Assembly: GCF_965212185.1 (NCBI RefSeq)
Contig: NZ_OZ243102.1
Location: forward strand, 2,741,171 to 2,805,170
From: Ekhidna sp.
Lineage (GTDB): Bacteria; Bacteroidota; Bacteroidia; Cytophagales; Cyclobacteriaceae
Reading direction: 5' to 3'
DNA: 64,000 bases
The notes beneath the pieces were generated by a model. That model searched no databases, was not told the origin of the DNA, and worked only from the letters and a program-made list of their open reading frames with translations. Both the position numbers and the translations under genes were made by a program. Below, in pieces: positions 28,005 through 36,556 of this stretch (position 1 is its first letter; every line of letters begins with the position of its first letter).

Positions 28005-30673
28005 AAGCAGCTCCACCCAAATTATTAACGATTCTACTCTCTAAGTACTGCCATCCGGTATTGTGGGAATCTATTGAAGGAGATTTGATGGAGCAATTCC
28101 AACTTGATTTGAAGCAAAAAGACAAGCGAAAAGCTCGTGTCAACTATTTCTTCAACGCACTGGCCTTTCTTCGATATCACCGACTCAGAAAAAGGCAACA
28201 CTCAAAAACACTTAATCACATGGCGCTTATTCAAAACTACCTCAAGGTCTCTTACAGGGATCTTAAACGTAACAAGACCTTTACGGGCATCAACCTTTTC
28301 GGACTAATCGCAGGAATGACTGTGTCTCTCCTGATGTTTCAATACGTTCTCTTTGAGACCAGCTTTGACAACTTTAATACAGATGCCGATCGGATGTATC
28401 GGATAATCAATGACCGCTATCAAAATGGTGAACTAGTCCAGCATGGGGCCATTACCTACCCAACCATTGGACCGACAATGAAAGCTGACTTTCCCGAGAT
28501 TGAGTCTTACACACGCATGACCTACAGCGGGTCAAACTTCATTAACTACACTGAGAAAATCTACCGAACAGGTGATTACCTGATTGCAGACGAGCATTTC
28601 CTTTCCTTCTTCGATTATGAATTGATTAAAGGTGACAAGGCTGAATGCCTAGACGCTCCGTTCAAAATGGTGCTTACCAAAACATTTGCAGAAAAACTCA
28701 TCGGAAAAGGTGAAGAAGTAACTGATCTGATTGGGAAATCCATTCATTTCAACTACCCAACTCCATTCATGATTTCAGGAATCTTAGAGGATCCTCCTAA
28801 GAATTCTCATTTACAATTTGGCTTCATTACCTCGTATAAATCTTTCATTACCATTGTAGGCGAAGGTGCTGACGCCAGCTGGGAATGGTCTGATTTCTAC
28901 CATTATGTAAAACTCAAAGTAGGTGTCAATCAGGCTAGTTTGAATAGTAAGCTTGCTGATTTTGGGACACAATACTTTAAAGATGGAGAGGTTTCCGGTG
29001 GTGAAGAAAAGTTCTCCTTACAGCCATTAAATGAGATTCATCTTAATGACACCATGGAATACGAAATCGGTGTGGTGACTGATGGTAATACGGTTTGGCT
29101 TATGCTTTACATCGCCATATTCATCATCGTTATCGCATGGATCAATTACATCAACTTAAACACCAGTCGGGCTATTCAACGGGCAAAAGAAGTGGGCATA
29201 CGAAAATCAGTGGGTGCTCAAAAAAGTCAGATCATCCGCCAATCGTTCATTGAGACATTACTGCTAAACGTTATAGCGCTTGTACTATCTATTGGGTTAG
29301 TGATTTGGTTACAACCAATCTTTAATATCCTGACAGGTTTGGATTTAAGCATATTTATCATCTTAGAATCCAGCATTTGGGGCATTCCATTTCCAATACT
29401 CCTTTTCTTCACCTTCATGATCTCACTGGCACTTGTTGCATTGTATCCGGCATTGCTCGTCACCAGATTTAGCACGCAGGATGTATTGAAAGGCAGCTTC
29501 AGACTAAAAGGTGAAATTGCCTGGCTGAGAAAAGGGATGGTCATTTTCCAATTTTCGCTTGCTGTGGTTCTTATTACCGCCACCATTGCCATTGCAAAAC
29601 AAATCGACTTCATGGTTAATCAAGATCTTGGTGTAGATGTGGACAATACCATGGTAGTTTATGGGCCGGTTATGACCGAATGGGATAGTACGTTCATCAA
29701 TAAAATTGATCAGTTTAAAAATGACTTAAGCTCATTATCAGGTGTTGAAATAGCTACGATTTCGAATCGCGTGCCCGGCTCTAATATGGGAAGGGTATTT
29801 CAGATTACTTCAGATGCGGATCCTGAAGCTCGAAATTTGACTTCCAATTTCATGAATGTGGATCATGAGTTTTCTGAGTTATACAATGTGGAGTTGGTAG
29901 CTGGGAGAGATTTTGGATTCACTGACCATGATTTTGATGGCGACAAAGTGAAGAATATAATCATCAATGAATCTGCCGTTTCATTGCTAAAGTTCCGCAT
30001 ACCAGAAGAAGCGATTGGCAGATCCATCAACTTTTATGATAAAGACTGGACCATCATTGGGGTCATCAAGGATTTTCATCAGGTATCGCTTCATAATAAG
30101 ATCGAACCCATTTTGTTGATACCCTACTACGACACTGGCAATAACTTCTCAGTCAAATTTTCATCTCAGCCCAATCCTGCACTGGTAGAAGCGGTTGAGA
30201 AAAGGTACCATCAGTACTTTCCAGGTAATTATTTCGATTATTACTTTTTGGAGGATGAAATCAAATCGCTATACAACACTGATGTTCGAGTAAGTAAAAT
30301 TTCGCACGTTTTTGCTGCCTTATCAATCATCATCGCGATTTTGGGATTATATGGATTGGTGATGATCACGCTGGTTCGAAAGACAAAGGAAATAGGCATT
30401 CGAAAAGTGCTGGGTGCCAACTTAGGCCAGCTCTTAGCGATAATCAGTAAAGAATTTCTATCGCTTGTACTGATTGCTATTTTGGTAGGTGCACCAATCA
30501 GTTATTTTGCCTTAATGGAATGGAAAGCAGGGTTCGCTTATTCCATCAATATTGGATTTGGAATTATTCTTTTATCCGCTTTGGTATTGCTTTTGATTTC
30601 AGTGATAACCATTGGGTTTCAAACTAAAAAGATCACAAAAAATAACCCGGTAGAATCGTTAAGGTGGGAGTAG
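28001..30673 (+). CDS. FtsX-family ABC transporter permease (MacB-like, two FtsX domains, ~10 TM) with the N-terminal permease-prefix region typical of PadR-associated permeases.
   Basis: Two blocks of four TM helices with large periplasmic loops; 4-nt overlap with the PadR gene; no ATPase gene adjacent. Confidence 0.75.
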   Translation: MKAAPPKLLTILLSKYCHPVLWESIEGDLMEQFQLDLKQKDKRKARVNYFFNALAFLRYHRLRKRQHSKTLNHMALIQNYLKVSYRDLKRNKTFTGINLFGLIAGMTVSLLMFQYVLFETSFDNFNTDADRMYRIINDRYQNGELVQHGAITYPTIGPTMKADFPEIESYTRMTYSGSNFINYTEKIYRTGDYLIADEHFLSFFDYELIKGDKAECLDAPFKMVLTKTFAEKLIGKGEEVTDLIGKSIHFNYPTPFMISGILEDPPKNSHLQFGFITSYKSFITIVGEGADASWEWSDFYHYVKLKVGVNQASLNSKLADFGTQYFKDGEVSGGEEKFSLQPLNEIHLNDTMEYEIGVVTDGNTVWLMLYIAIFIIVIAWINYINLNTSRAIQRAKEVGIRKSVGAQKSQIIRQSFIETLLLNVIALVLSIGLVIWLQPIFNILTGLDLSIFIILESSIWGIPFPILLFFTFMISLALVALYPALLVTRFSTQDVLKGSFRLKGEIAWLRKGMVIFQFSLAVVLITATIAIAKQIDFMVNQDLGVDVDNTMVVYGPVMTEWDSTFINKIDQFKNDLSSLSGVEIATISNRVPGSNMGRVFQITSDADPEARNLTSNFMNVDHEFSELYNVELVAGRDFGFTDHDFDGDKVKNIIINESAVSLLKFRIPEEAIGRSINFYDKDWTIIGVIKDFHQVSLHNKIEPILLIPYYDTGNNFSVKFSSQPNPALVEAVEKRYHQYFPGNYFDYYFLEDEIKSLYNTDVRVSKISHVFAALSIIIAILGLYGLVMITLVRKTKEIGIRKVLGANLGQLLAIISKEFLSLVLIAILVGAPISYFALMEWKAGFAYSINIGFGIILLSALVLLLISVITIGFQTKKITKNNPVESLRWE

Positions 30674-30706
30674 CTATTTGGTTATTGACTTAATTATTAG
30701 TTAGAC

Positions 30707-31162
30707 CTAATAGTTAATCTCTCTTCCATCTTGCAACACAACATGGCCGGTTTCTAAAAGTATTTTCAGCTTTGCCAGGTTCTGCTTAACTCCTTTTTGT
30801 GGTCCTTTTAAAATCAACGAAGAAAGGAACTTTGGTAGCGGAACTTTGAAATCGATTTGATCATGGATGGTCGTTTGTTTTTCATCTCCATCAAACCTCA
30901 AATCACGTCTTACGGAGGGCCGCTGACCTGGCAGGGATTGGATGATTATTCGCTCATTTTCTTTGAATACAATAACATTAAATTTTTGCTTGTCTTTTTT
31001 ACGGATTTGCAGATATTCAGCTCCAATACCTTCCTCATCATTTATTTTTTCAACGCTCCTGACGTAATAATTCCACTTGGGATTGTTGCCCTGATCGCTA
31101 ACGAATGCAAACACATCGGAAAGAGGCTTGTCTATCGATATGGAATTAGAGATACTCAGCAT
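30707..31162 (-). CDS. Hypothetical protein, 151 aa, possibly SRPBCC/Bet v1-like fold.
   Basis: ORF track; alternating beta/alpha pattern. The assignment is weak. Confidence 0.4.
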   Translation of the reverse strand: MLSISNSISIDKPLSDVFAFVSDQGNNPKWNYYVRSVEKINDEEGIGAEYLQIRKKDKQKFNVIVFKENERIIIQSLPGQRPSVRRDLRFDGDEKQTTIHDQIDFKVPLPKFLSSLILKGPQKGVKQNLAKLKILLETGHVVLQDGREINY

Positions 31163-31171
31163 GCATTGGTT

Positions 31172-31390
31172 TTAAGCAGGTGAAGATTTGGCTAGTACCT
31201 TTCTAATTAAAAATGTGCCGATAGGAAAATGCTTGACACAATAGATGTATGCATCTCGTTCTGAACCGAAGGATTCAGCAACTTTTTCATCATGGATGAC
31301 TATGTATTGACCTTTGTATTGCTCAATTAAATCCTGCTCATTTTTGAGGTAAAATTTGTGCTGTTTGTCAAGTAGCTCACCCATAAGCAC
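31172..31390 (-). CDS. Hypothetical small protein, 72 aa.
   Basis: ORF track; downstream of the SPFH gene and after a bidirectional terminator, so it may have its own promoter. Confidence 0.4.
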   Translation of the reverse strand: MLMGELLDKQHKFYLKNEQDLIEQYKGQYIVIHDEKVAESFGSERDAYIYCVKHFPIGTFLIRKVLAKSSPA

Positions 31391-31422
31391 TCAAGTTAGC
31401 ACTTTAAATGGTACAGTGATTT

Positions 31423-31449
31423 AAAAAAAGCGCACCTAAGTGCGCTTTT
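31423..31449. terminator. Bidirectional intrinsic terminator AAAAAAAGCGCACCTAAGTGCGCTTTT at the end of the SPFH gene.
   Basis: GC-rich 8-bp stem flanked by an A run and a T run. Confidence 0.6.
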
Positions 31450-32566
31450 ACCGTGTTCCTGGAGTGAAGATACTCCTCAATTGATCAACAATCTGCCCAT
31501 TGCCGGTGACCGTGATTTCTCCGATCTTGTCCGCAATCTTTTCGACATATTCCATCTCTTTCAACTTGAAGAGCATTGCATTATCCTCCATCAACTTGGC
31601 TGTGTTCAACAAGCTCCTAGTAGACGCTGTTTCTTCCCTTCGGGTGATCACGTTTGCCTGAGCTTGTTTTTGAGCCACCAGCACCTGGTTCATGATCTCT
31701 TTCATGTCACCAGGCAAGATGATATCTCTAACTCCGCAACCTTTGATCTCCACTCCCAACTCACTTGCTTTTTCTACAAGCGCTTCTTTCACATATGCTG
31801 AAATAGACTCCTTGCTTTCTAGCAATTCATCCAAGGTCAATTGACCAATGTACTCCCTCAATGCAAATTGCATGAAGATGTACAATTGCTTCTCATAGTC
31901 CTTATTATCAACCACAGCCTTTTCTACATCCACTACTTTATACTGTGTGTAGAAATTGATTCGCAAAGCAGCCTTGTCTTTGGTTAGGATTTCCTGACCT
32001 GAAATCTCCAACTGCAACTGTCTCATATCAGCTTTTCTTACGAGAAGCTCCTGAGCATTTTTCCAGAAGTAGTAGTCTCCAGGACCTACGACCCTTTCAA
32101 CCTTTCCATCCACGAAAAGCACTCCCTTTTCATAAGATTCCACAGTTAGCATTCGCACATAAGGCACCAATTCTTTCCGTTTAATTGAAAGTAAATCTAC
32201 CGCTTCTGTGATTTCGATTTTACTCAAATCCACTTTGACGAATGAATACTCAATCAATCCTTTCCAGAAAGCGTGTTTGCCCGTAGTAAGAACTGCCTTG
32301 AATCTACCATCTTCATATTGAAGCGCCAATTCATTGTCTCGCACCTCAACAATCATTAAATGTTCAGCCAATCTTTCATCCCTCAAAAGCACATTTAAGT
32401 CGATTGAAGGATAGAATGGTTTTGCCAAGTCATACTTTACGACTTGCTCATACGGAAAGATCCAGTAGACACCTTCAGTGATTACTCTTTTGTAGCCACC
32501 TGAAGTCCTGTAGACCAATCCGATTTGTCCTGCATTGATTCTAATCCTTTGCATCGTTATACACAT
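31448..32566 (-). CDS. SPFH/band-7 (stomatin/prohibitin-like) domain protein, 372 aa.
   Basis: SPFH core with ILTKDKAALRINFYTQYKVVD-type motif and a C-terminal coiled coil rich in Q/A/K. Confidence 0.7.
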   Translation of the reverse strand: MCITMQRIRINAGQIGLVYRTSGGYKRVITEGVYWIFPYEQVVKYDLAKPFYPSIDLNVLLRDERLAEHLMIVEVRDNELALQYEDGRFKAVLTTGKHAFWKGLIEYSFVKVDLSKIEITEAVDLLSIKRKELVPYVRMLTVESYEKGVLFVDGKVERVVGPGDYYFWKNAQELLVRKADMRQLQLEISGQEILTKDKAALRINFYTQYKVVDVEKAVVDNKDYEKQLYIFMQFALREYIGQLTLDELLESKESISAYVKEALVEKASELGVEIKGCGVRDIILPGDMKEIMNQVLVAQKQAQANVITRREETASTRSLLNTAKLMEDNAMLFKLKEMEYVEKIADKIGEITVTGNGQIVDQLRSIFTPGTR

Positions 32567-32872
32567 TTAGTTAAAAAAATACTCTTCAAAAAGAAAGCAG
32601 CATGATAGCTGGCCGTCTGTCGATTGAGGAAAATCTGACATTGAGTTCGATGATGAATAAATCGTTTAACTGAAGGGGCTCTTCTCCGCTCGTAATCCAT
32701 ACAGATTACAAGGACTGATTTGCTGCTTCAATCAAAAGATCCAGTCATTCCGAACGGAATCCTGTCTGTTTTTCAGTCGCTCTTCAAACTGCATCACGAA
32801 TCCGAAGATTCGATCTGCTGGACAGCTACCTTCTGCTCTCACTAGCTGTCAGTTTTACAAGATGACAAGCTT

Positions 32873-33062
32873 GGATCTGGAGTGACTATCCAGTCTCACC
32901 TTAACAGGGTGATGCTCTAACCAACTGAGCTACATTATCCCAATCCCCGAAGGGCGAAAATGACGGGAATCGAACCCGCGACTTTCACGTGCTTGCTTTA
33001 CCTCTAAGCTATCTTGAACCTTAATCAAGAGAGGGATTCGAACCCTCGTTCCAGCGTGGTGG
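32873..33062 (-). other. Cluster of degenerate tRNA-like sequences. It holds a tRNA-Asn-like 5' two-thirds (anticodon loop CTGTTAA, D-arm GCTCAGTTGGTTAGAGC) with an aberrant T-loop TAGTCAC and a broken acceptor stem. It also holds two orphan T-arm-like segments (GCGGGTTCGATTCCCGT at about 32962-32981 and GAGGGTTCGAATCCCTC at 33031-33047).
   Basis: Hand folding of the minus strand: canonical D and anticodon arms but non-pairing acceptor stems and a non-canonical T loop. This could be a pseudogene or integration scar, and needs tRNAscan-SE/ARAGORN. Confidence 0.35.
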
Positions 33063-33413
33063 GAAACTTTCATCAGGTACTGAGCAGCATATTCCGAAGA
33101 ACACTATGGCGCTATACAGAAACGCTCATCAGGTCTCCTTACCTTCTTCATTCCCAGCTTCTCTTTCGAGAAGATCTTGTGCTATTAAAAGCAATCTCTT
33201 ATTCAAAGAACTTTTTCTTTATTTCAGAGGAAATGGATGGCTATTCACCAATCCACTTCCTTAAATCGCCACAACTAATCTTTTCTGATCAGTCAAGACG
33301 ACCACCATCCGCTTAGAGCTTTTTCAAAACATGGCCAGACAAACGGAATCTGACGTTATGGCCTTCAACCATTCTCTAAGCACAAGACACCCGTTTTGCA
33401 TCTGCTTCAGGTG

Positions 33414-33486
33414 CGGTACCAAGGGGGTTCGAACCCCTGACCTTCGCATAGACAGTGCGACATTCTACCTACTGAACTATGGTACC
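33414..33486 (-). tRNA. tRNA-Asp (anticodon GTC), 73 nt with no encoded CCA.
   Basis: Hand fold: acceptor GGTACCA/TGGTACC, D-stem GTTC/GAAT, anticodon stem TCGCA/TGCGA with loop CTGTCTA, T-arm AGGGG-TTCGAAC-CCCCT. Confidence 0.8.
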
Positions 33487-33491
33487 GTTTG

Positions 33492-33562
33492 TAACCGATA
33501 CAGGAATCGAACCTGCTTCTTTGGGGTCAAATCCCAATATCCTAGCCATTGGACCAATCGGT
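33492..33562 (-). tRNA. tRNA-Gln (anticodon TTG), 71 nt.
   Basis: Hand fold: acceptor AACCGAT/ATCGGTT, short D-stem, anticodon stem TTGGG/CCCAA with loop ATTTGAC, T-arm GCAGG-TTCGATT-CCTGT. Confidence 0.7.
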
Positions 33563-33565
33563 TTT

Positions 33566-33649
33566 GTGGACGTCTCGAGAATCGAACTCGATAAGTCACA
33601 TGACATCTGTTTTACGGACAGACCTGACTCTCCAACGTCAGCGCACTTC
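33566..33649 (-). tRNA. tRNA-Tyr-like (anticodon GTA; type II with long variable arm), 84 nt, with atypical features that suggest a possible pseudogene.
   Basis: Anticodon stem TCTGT/ACAGA with loop CCGTAAA (C at position 33 instead of U); T-arm TCGAG-TTCGATT-CTCGA; acceptor stem GGAAGTG vs GACGTCC pairs only 5 of 7 in my hand fold. Confidence 0.4.
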
Positions 33650-33661
33650 CAAAAAAGGCAC

Positions 33662-33700
33662 AAAAAAACCCTAACCGATACGGGCCAGGGTTGCTGTCAA
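33662..33700 (-). terminator. Intrinsic terminator (AACCCTGGCCCGTATCGGTTAGGGTT followed by TTTTTT on the minus strand), immediately upstream of the tRNA cluster and downstream of the small ORF 33714-33926.
   Basis: Hairpin plus U7 tract read on the minus strand. Confidence 0.45.
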
Positions 33701-33713
33701 CAGACAATAAATC

Positions 33714-33926
33714 CTATGCGCTATCGGGAAACCTTACAGAGAGGTAATCGTTCATTAAATCCAGATTCGTTTGGGCATACCTCTCCCATTGACGGAAATC
33801 CGAAAACCAAATAATATTCTGTTTATGTATCATTTCACCATTTTTGAATACAAACAAAAAACCCAAGCTTTTGGCTTGGGTTTCGAAATTTCTATATGTT
33901 AGATCATTCAATCTATACCAAGCCAA
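33714..33926 (-). CDS. Hypothetical small protein, 70 aa; it may be spurious.
   Basis: ORF track only; followed by a terminator-like hairpin. Confidence 0.25.
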   Translation of the reverse strand: MAWYRLNDLTYRNFETQAKSLGFLFVFKNGEMIHKQNIIWFSDFRQWERYAQTNLDLMNDYLSVRFPDSA

Positions 33927-34318
33927 TGCTTATATATGTAATCAAAAGACAGTATTTCTGTCCCTTGATAATTATTGATATGTAAAATGTGTTGCTTCAT
34001 TATTTTCATTTTAGCTCTGCAAGTATCGGAAAGATTTTATTAACAACAAAATTTAATTTTGAATTTGTTAATAAAAAATAAATTCCTACTTTCGCATTAT
34101 TAATTAGAATCGAATGAAAAAGAGTAGTAATCAAAAACGAAAACTTCTTCGATCGGGCTCCTCTCATCAAGGTATGTGAATAATCGCCCGATCACCTGGA
34201 TCGGGAATACCTAATAATATTTCCTATCAATGCCTTTGGTACAGGTTACAACCTGTTTGACGTATCTCGCGGAATTTACTATTAACCGGGACTAGTTGGT
34301 CCCACAACAGAAACTATT

Positions 34319-34834
34319 ATGGCATTCAATTTAGCCGATCAATATTTTGTGAAGGCGCTTGAGATGTATGACTATAACTTGGAAGAGGTCGTTGAAAACT
34401 TAAACTATTCTTTGAGCTATGATCCGGAGCATCCTGCTGCGAATGAGCTAATGGGTCGAATGTATATGGATCAGTTCGGTGAGTTAGAGAAAGCAAAAGT
34501 CTACCTCGATGAAGCCATGGCTGCTGATCTTTCCAACCTACAGGTTTGTGAAAGTATAACCCGCTGGCACATCAAGATGAGAGCTTACAAAGATGCTTTG
34601 CTTGTCATCAGCTATGCTTCCGGATTACCCGGGGCGCAGATGGATCAATGGATTCGAATGGAAGCTTTGATCTACGAACTATGCAAAGAATATGCTAAAG
34701 CCATGGACCTGCTAAAACGGGCCCTTGATGAAAGCGTAAGTTCTGAGTATAGCTACTTCCTGAAAGGAGAGCTTAATCGTGTGTGCTCCAAGCATAGAAA
34801 TACGTTAGCATTTAATTACAATTACAATGGATAA
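34319..34834 (+). CDS. Hypothetical helical (TPR-like) protein, 171 aa.
   Basis: ORF track; its stop overlaps the next ORF by 8 nt. Confidence 0.5.
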   Translation: MAFNLADQYFVKALEMYDYNLEEVVENLNYSLSYDPEHPAANELMGRMYMDQFGELEKAKVYLDEAMAADLSNLQVCESITRWHIKMRAYKDALLVISYASGLPGAQMDQWIRMEALIYELCKEYAKAMDLLKRALDESVSSEYSYFLKGELNRVCSKHRNTLAFNYNYNG

Positions 34835-35705
34835 GAGACCACCAGGAGGTGGTCTCATTTTTTGTATACTTCAAAGGCATAAAAGCTTTTTTAATGTGGA
34901 GATCATTCAGTTTTGGCAACATAATTGTTTTATCCAATTCATGAGACTCACCATACTTCTAATCCCATTCCTATTGATCAGCTGTTTGCCTGCCAGGCTA
35001 GTACCACAGGATTTTTCCATCGAAAAGAACAATTATGAAGCCTATATTGAATTGGATTCTGTGACAATTGCACTGGCCAATCTAAAAGCAAAAGGCGACC
35101 ATTATGTCTTTGGATTGGAAATCGAAAACAAAAGCACACAACCTATTTTTATTGATATGAATAGAATAAAGAAATTTGCTCATCCATACTCCTATCGAGA
35201 CCCTGAAAAGAAGAAGTTGTACCAAGAGGTGACATCCGCCATGACACCTGAACAAGTAGATGCTTTTTTTACAGTAAAACAGCAAGATGCTGAGGCAGCT
35301 GCCTTGTTCTTATTTCTTGTGGGTGCAGCCATTATCACACATGATATTATTGAGGATGAGCGAGATTGGAATAAATCCACCTGGACCGAAGCAGACGAAA
35401 AAAAATCCAACACACGAGATGCAGTTACAGTAGCCACCTTGATGGCGACTGACATTCTGATAGATGTGGCTATAGAAAGTGAAGCGTCCGCTCAAGTGGA
35501 GCTTCACTACTTACCAAACGAACTTTTTGATAGAGAAATCATCTATCCAGGTGAAACCTATTTTGGAAAAATTTTCTTTAAAAATTTTGAAGAAATTAAA
35601 GAACATCATCGCATTACTTTTCCACTGGAAGGCAAGAACCTCCATTTTGATTTTAGAAAAGCGAATGCTGAAGAAAGAAGGTTTTTATATGAGCAGGGTC
35701 ATTAA
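34827..35705 (+). CDS. Hypothetical lipoprotein. If translation starts at the internal Met at 34944 (MRLTILLIPFLLISC), the product is a 254-aa lipoprotein.
   Basis: ORF track; signal peptide and lipobox only appear after the internal Met. It is convergent with the transglutaminase gene. Confidence 0.5.
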   Translation: MDKRPPGGGLIFCILQRHKSFFNVEIIQFWQHNCFIQFMRLTILLIPFLLISCLPARLVPQDFSIEKNNYEAYIELDSVTIALANLKAKGDHYVFGLEIENKSTQPIFIDMNRIKKFAHPYSYRDPEKKKLYQEVTSAMTPEQVDAFFTVKQQDAEAAALFLFLVGAAIITHDIIEDERDWNKSTWTEADEKKSNTRDAVTVATLMATDILIDVAIESEASAQVELHYLPNELFDREIIYPGETYFGKIFFKNFEEIKEHHRITFPLEGKNLHFDFRKANAEERRFLYEQGH

Positions 35706-35710
35706 GTACT

Positions 35711-36556
35711 CTATGCTTTAAGCTCCATATCCAAATTGAATTGCATTTTCGATTTTGCTCCACCTCTAATTGTACCGCTTACAGGCATTGTATTTTCATA
35801 ATGCGCACTCTTTGCAATTGGAATATGCGTATGCCCTGCTGCTATTCCGTGAGTAGGGTCAAATCCTAGCCATCCTGCACCCGGAATGTAAGCGATAACC
35901 CAGGCATGCAACTCAAAAACAGGCTCTTCTACATCCAGGTAATAGTATCCACTTACAAAACGTGAAGCTACACCAAGATGCCTCAAACATTGAATTTGTA
36001 GCCATGCTAAGTCACGACAAGAGCCTCTTCTTAAGCGAAATGTATCATTTGGTGACATTGGTACTCCCTCCTCTCGTATTTCAACCTTAAAATCAGAATG
36101 AATCTGCTGGGTGAGTGCCAGGATAAATGAGGCAGTATCATTTTTAGCAGATTTGAGAATTGCGTTTAGGTAACTAACTATCTCATTGGATAACTCAGTA
36201 TGATTTAATGAAGCTGTTAAAAGGTGTTTTAATTGATTAGGATATTCAAATGGAACGGTGAGAAATGATCCGGGATAAATGAGGTAGTTGAATGGATTAA
36301 ATTCTTGAATTGTTACCGTGCAATCGAGTGTGATTTTTAATTCTTTATGCAGCCCCTCAAACCAACAAAAAAGAACCATATTATTTTCAATGTCCATTTG
36401 CTCTGAAAAGCCCACTGGATCAGGAGAGACTTTCAAATGAAACTTTTCTACCGTGAGATAATGATCTGTGGATGGTTTAAATCGTAATGTATGAGGTTCA
36501 AAAAACACCTCGTCATCAAATTGATAAATCGTTTCATGATGTATTTTAAGATCCAT
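35711..36556 (-). CDS. Transglutaminase-like cysteine protease/ligase family protein (Bact_transglu_N plus transglutaminase core).
   Basis: Cys-His-Asp triad context RGSCRDLAWLQIQCLRHLG ... ELHAWVIAY ... GFDPTHG; N-terminal MDLKIHHETIYQFDDEV region typical of the family. Confidence 0.85.
   Translation of the reverse strand: MDLKIHHETIYQFDDEVFFEPHTLRFKPSTDHYLTVEKFHLKVSPDPVGFSEQMDIENNMVLFCWFEGLHKELKITLDCTVTIQEFNPFNYLIYPGSFLTVPFEYPNQLKHLLTASLNHTELSNEIVSYLNAILKSAKNDTASFILALTQQIHSDFKVEIREEGVPMSPNDTFRLRRGSCRDLAWLQIQCLRHLGVASRFVSGYYYLDVEEPVFELHAWVIAYIPGAGWLGFDPTHGIAAGHTHIPIAKSAHYENTMPVSGTIRGGAKSKMQFNLDMELKA

Noticed and set aside
33068-33082. Hammerhead-ribozyme core CUGAUGA on the minus strand
   Set aside because: It is an isolated heptamer. 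No flanking helix I/II/III arrangement or GAAA element is in the right register.
32567-33413. tmRNA (ssrA) or RNase P RNA hidden in the ORF-free stretch next to the tRNAs
   Set aside because: I looked on both strands for a tag-peptide reading frame ending in GCTGCTTAA-type codons, a 5' GGGG start with G3-U70 acceptor pairing, and RNase P P4 strings (GGAAAGTCCGGGC / ACAGAACCCGGCTTA). None of these is present. The T-arm-like segment at 33031-33047 has an acceptor strand (TCTTGAT) with no matching 5' partner.
21728-33413. Integrase, transposase or phage genes that would define the segment as a mobile island
   Set aside because: No ORF in the segment has integrase/transposase-like motifs (no R-H-R-Y or DDE patterns recognised). 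Island status therefore rests only on position and repeats.
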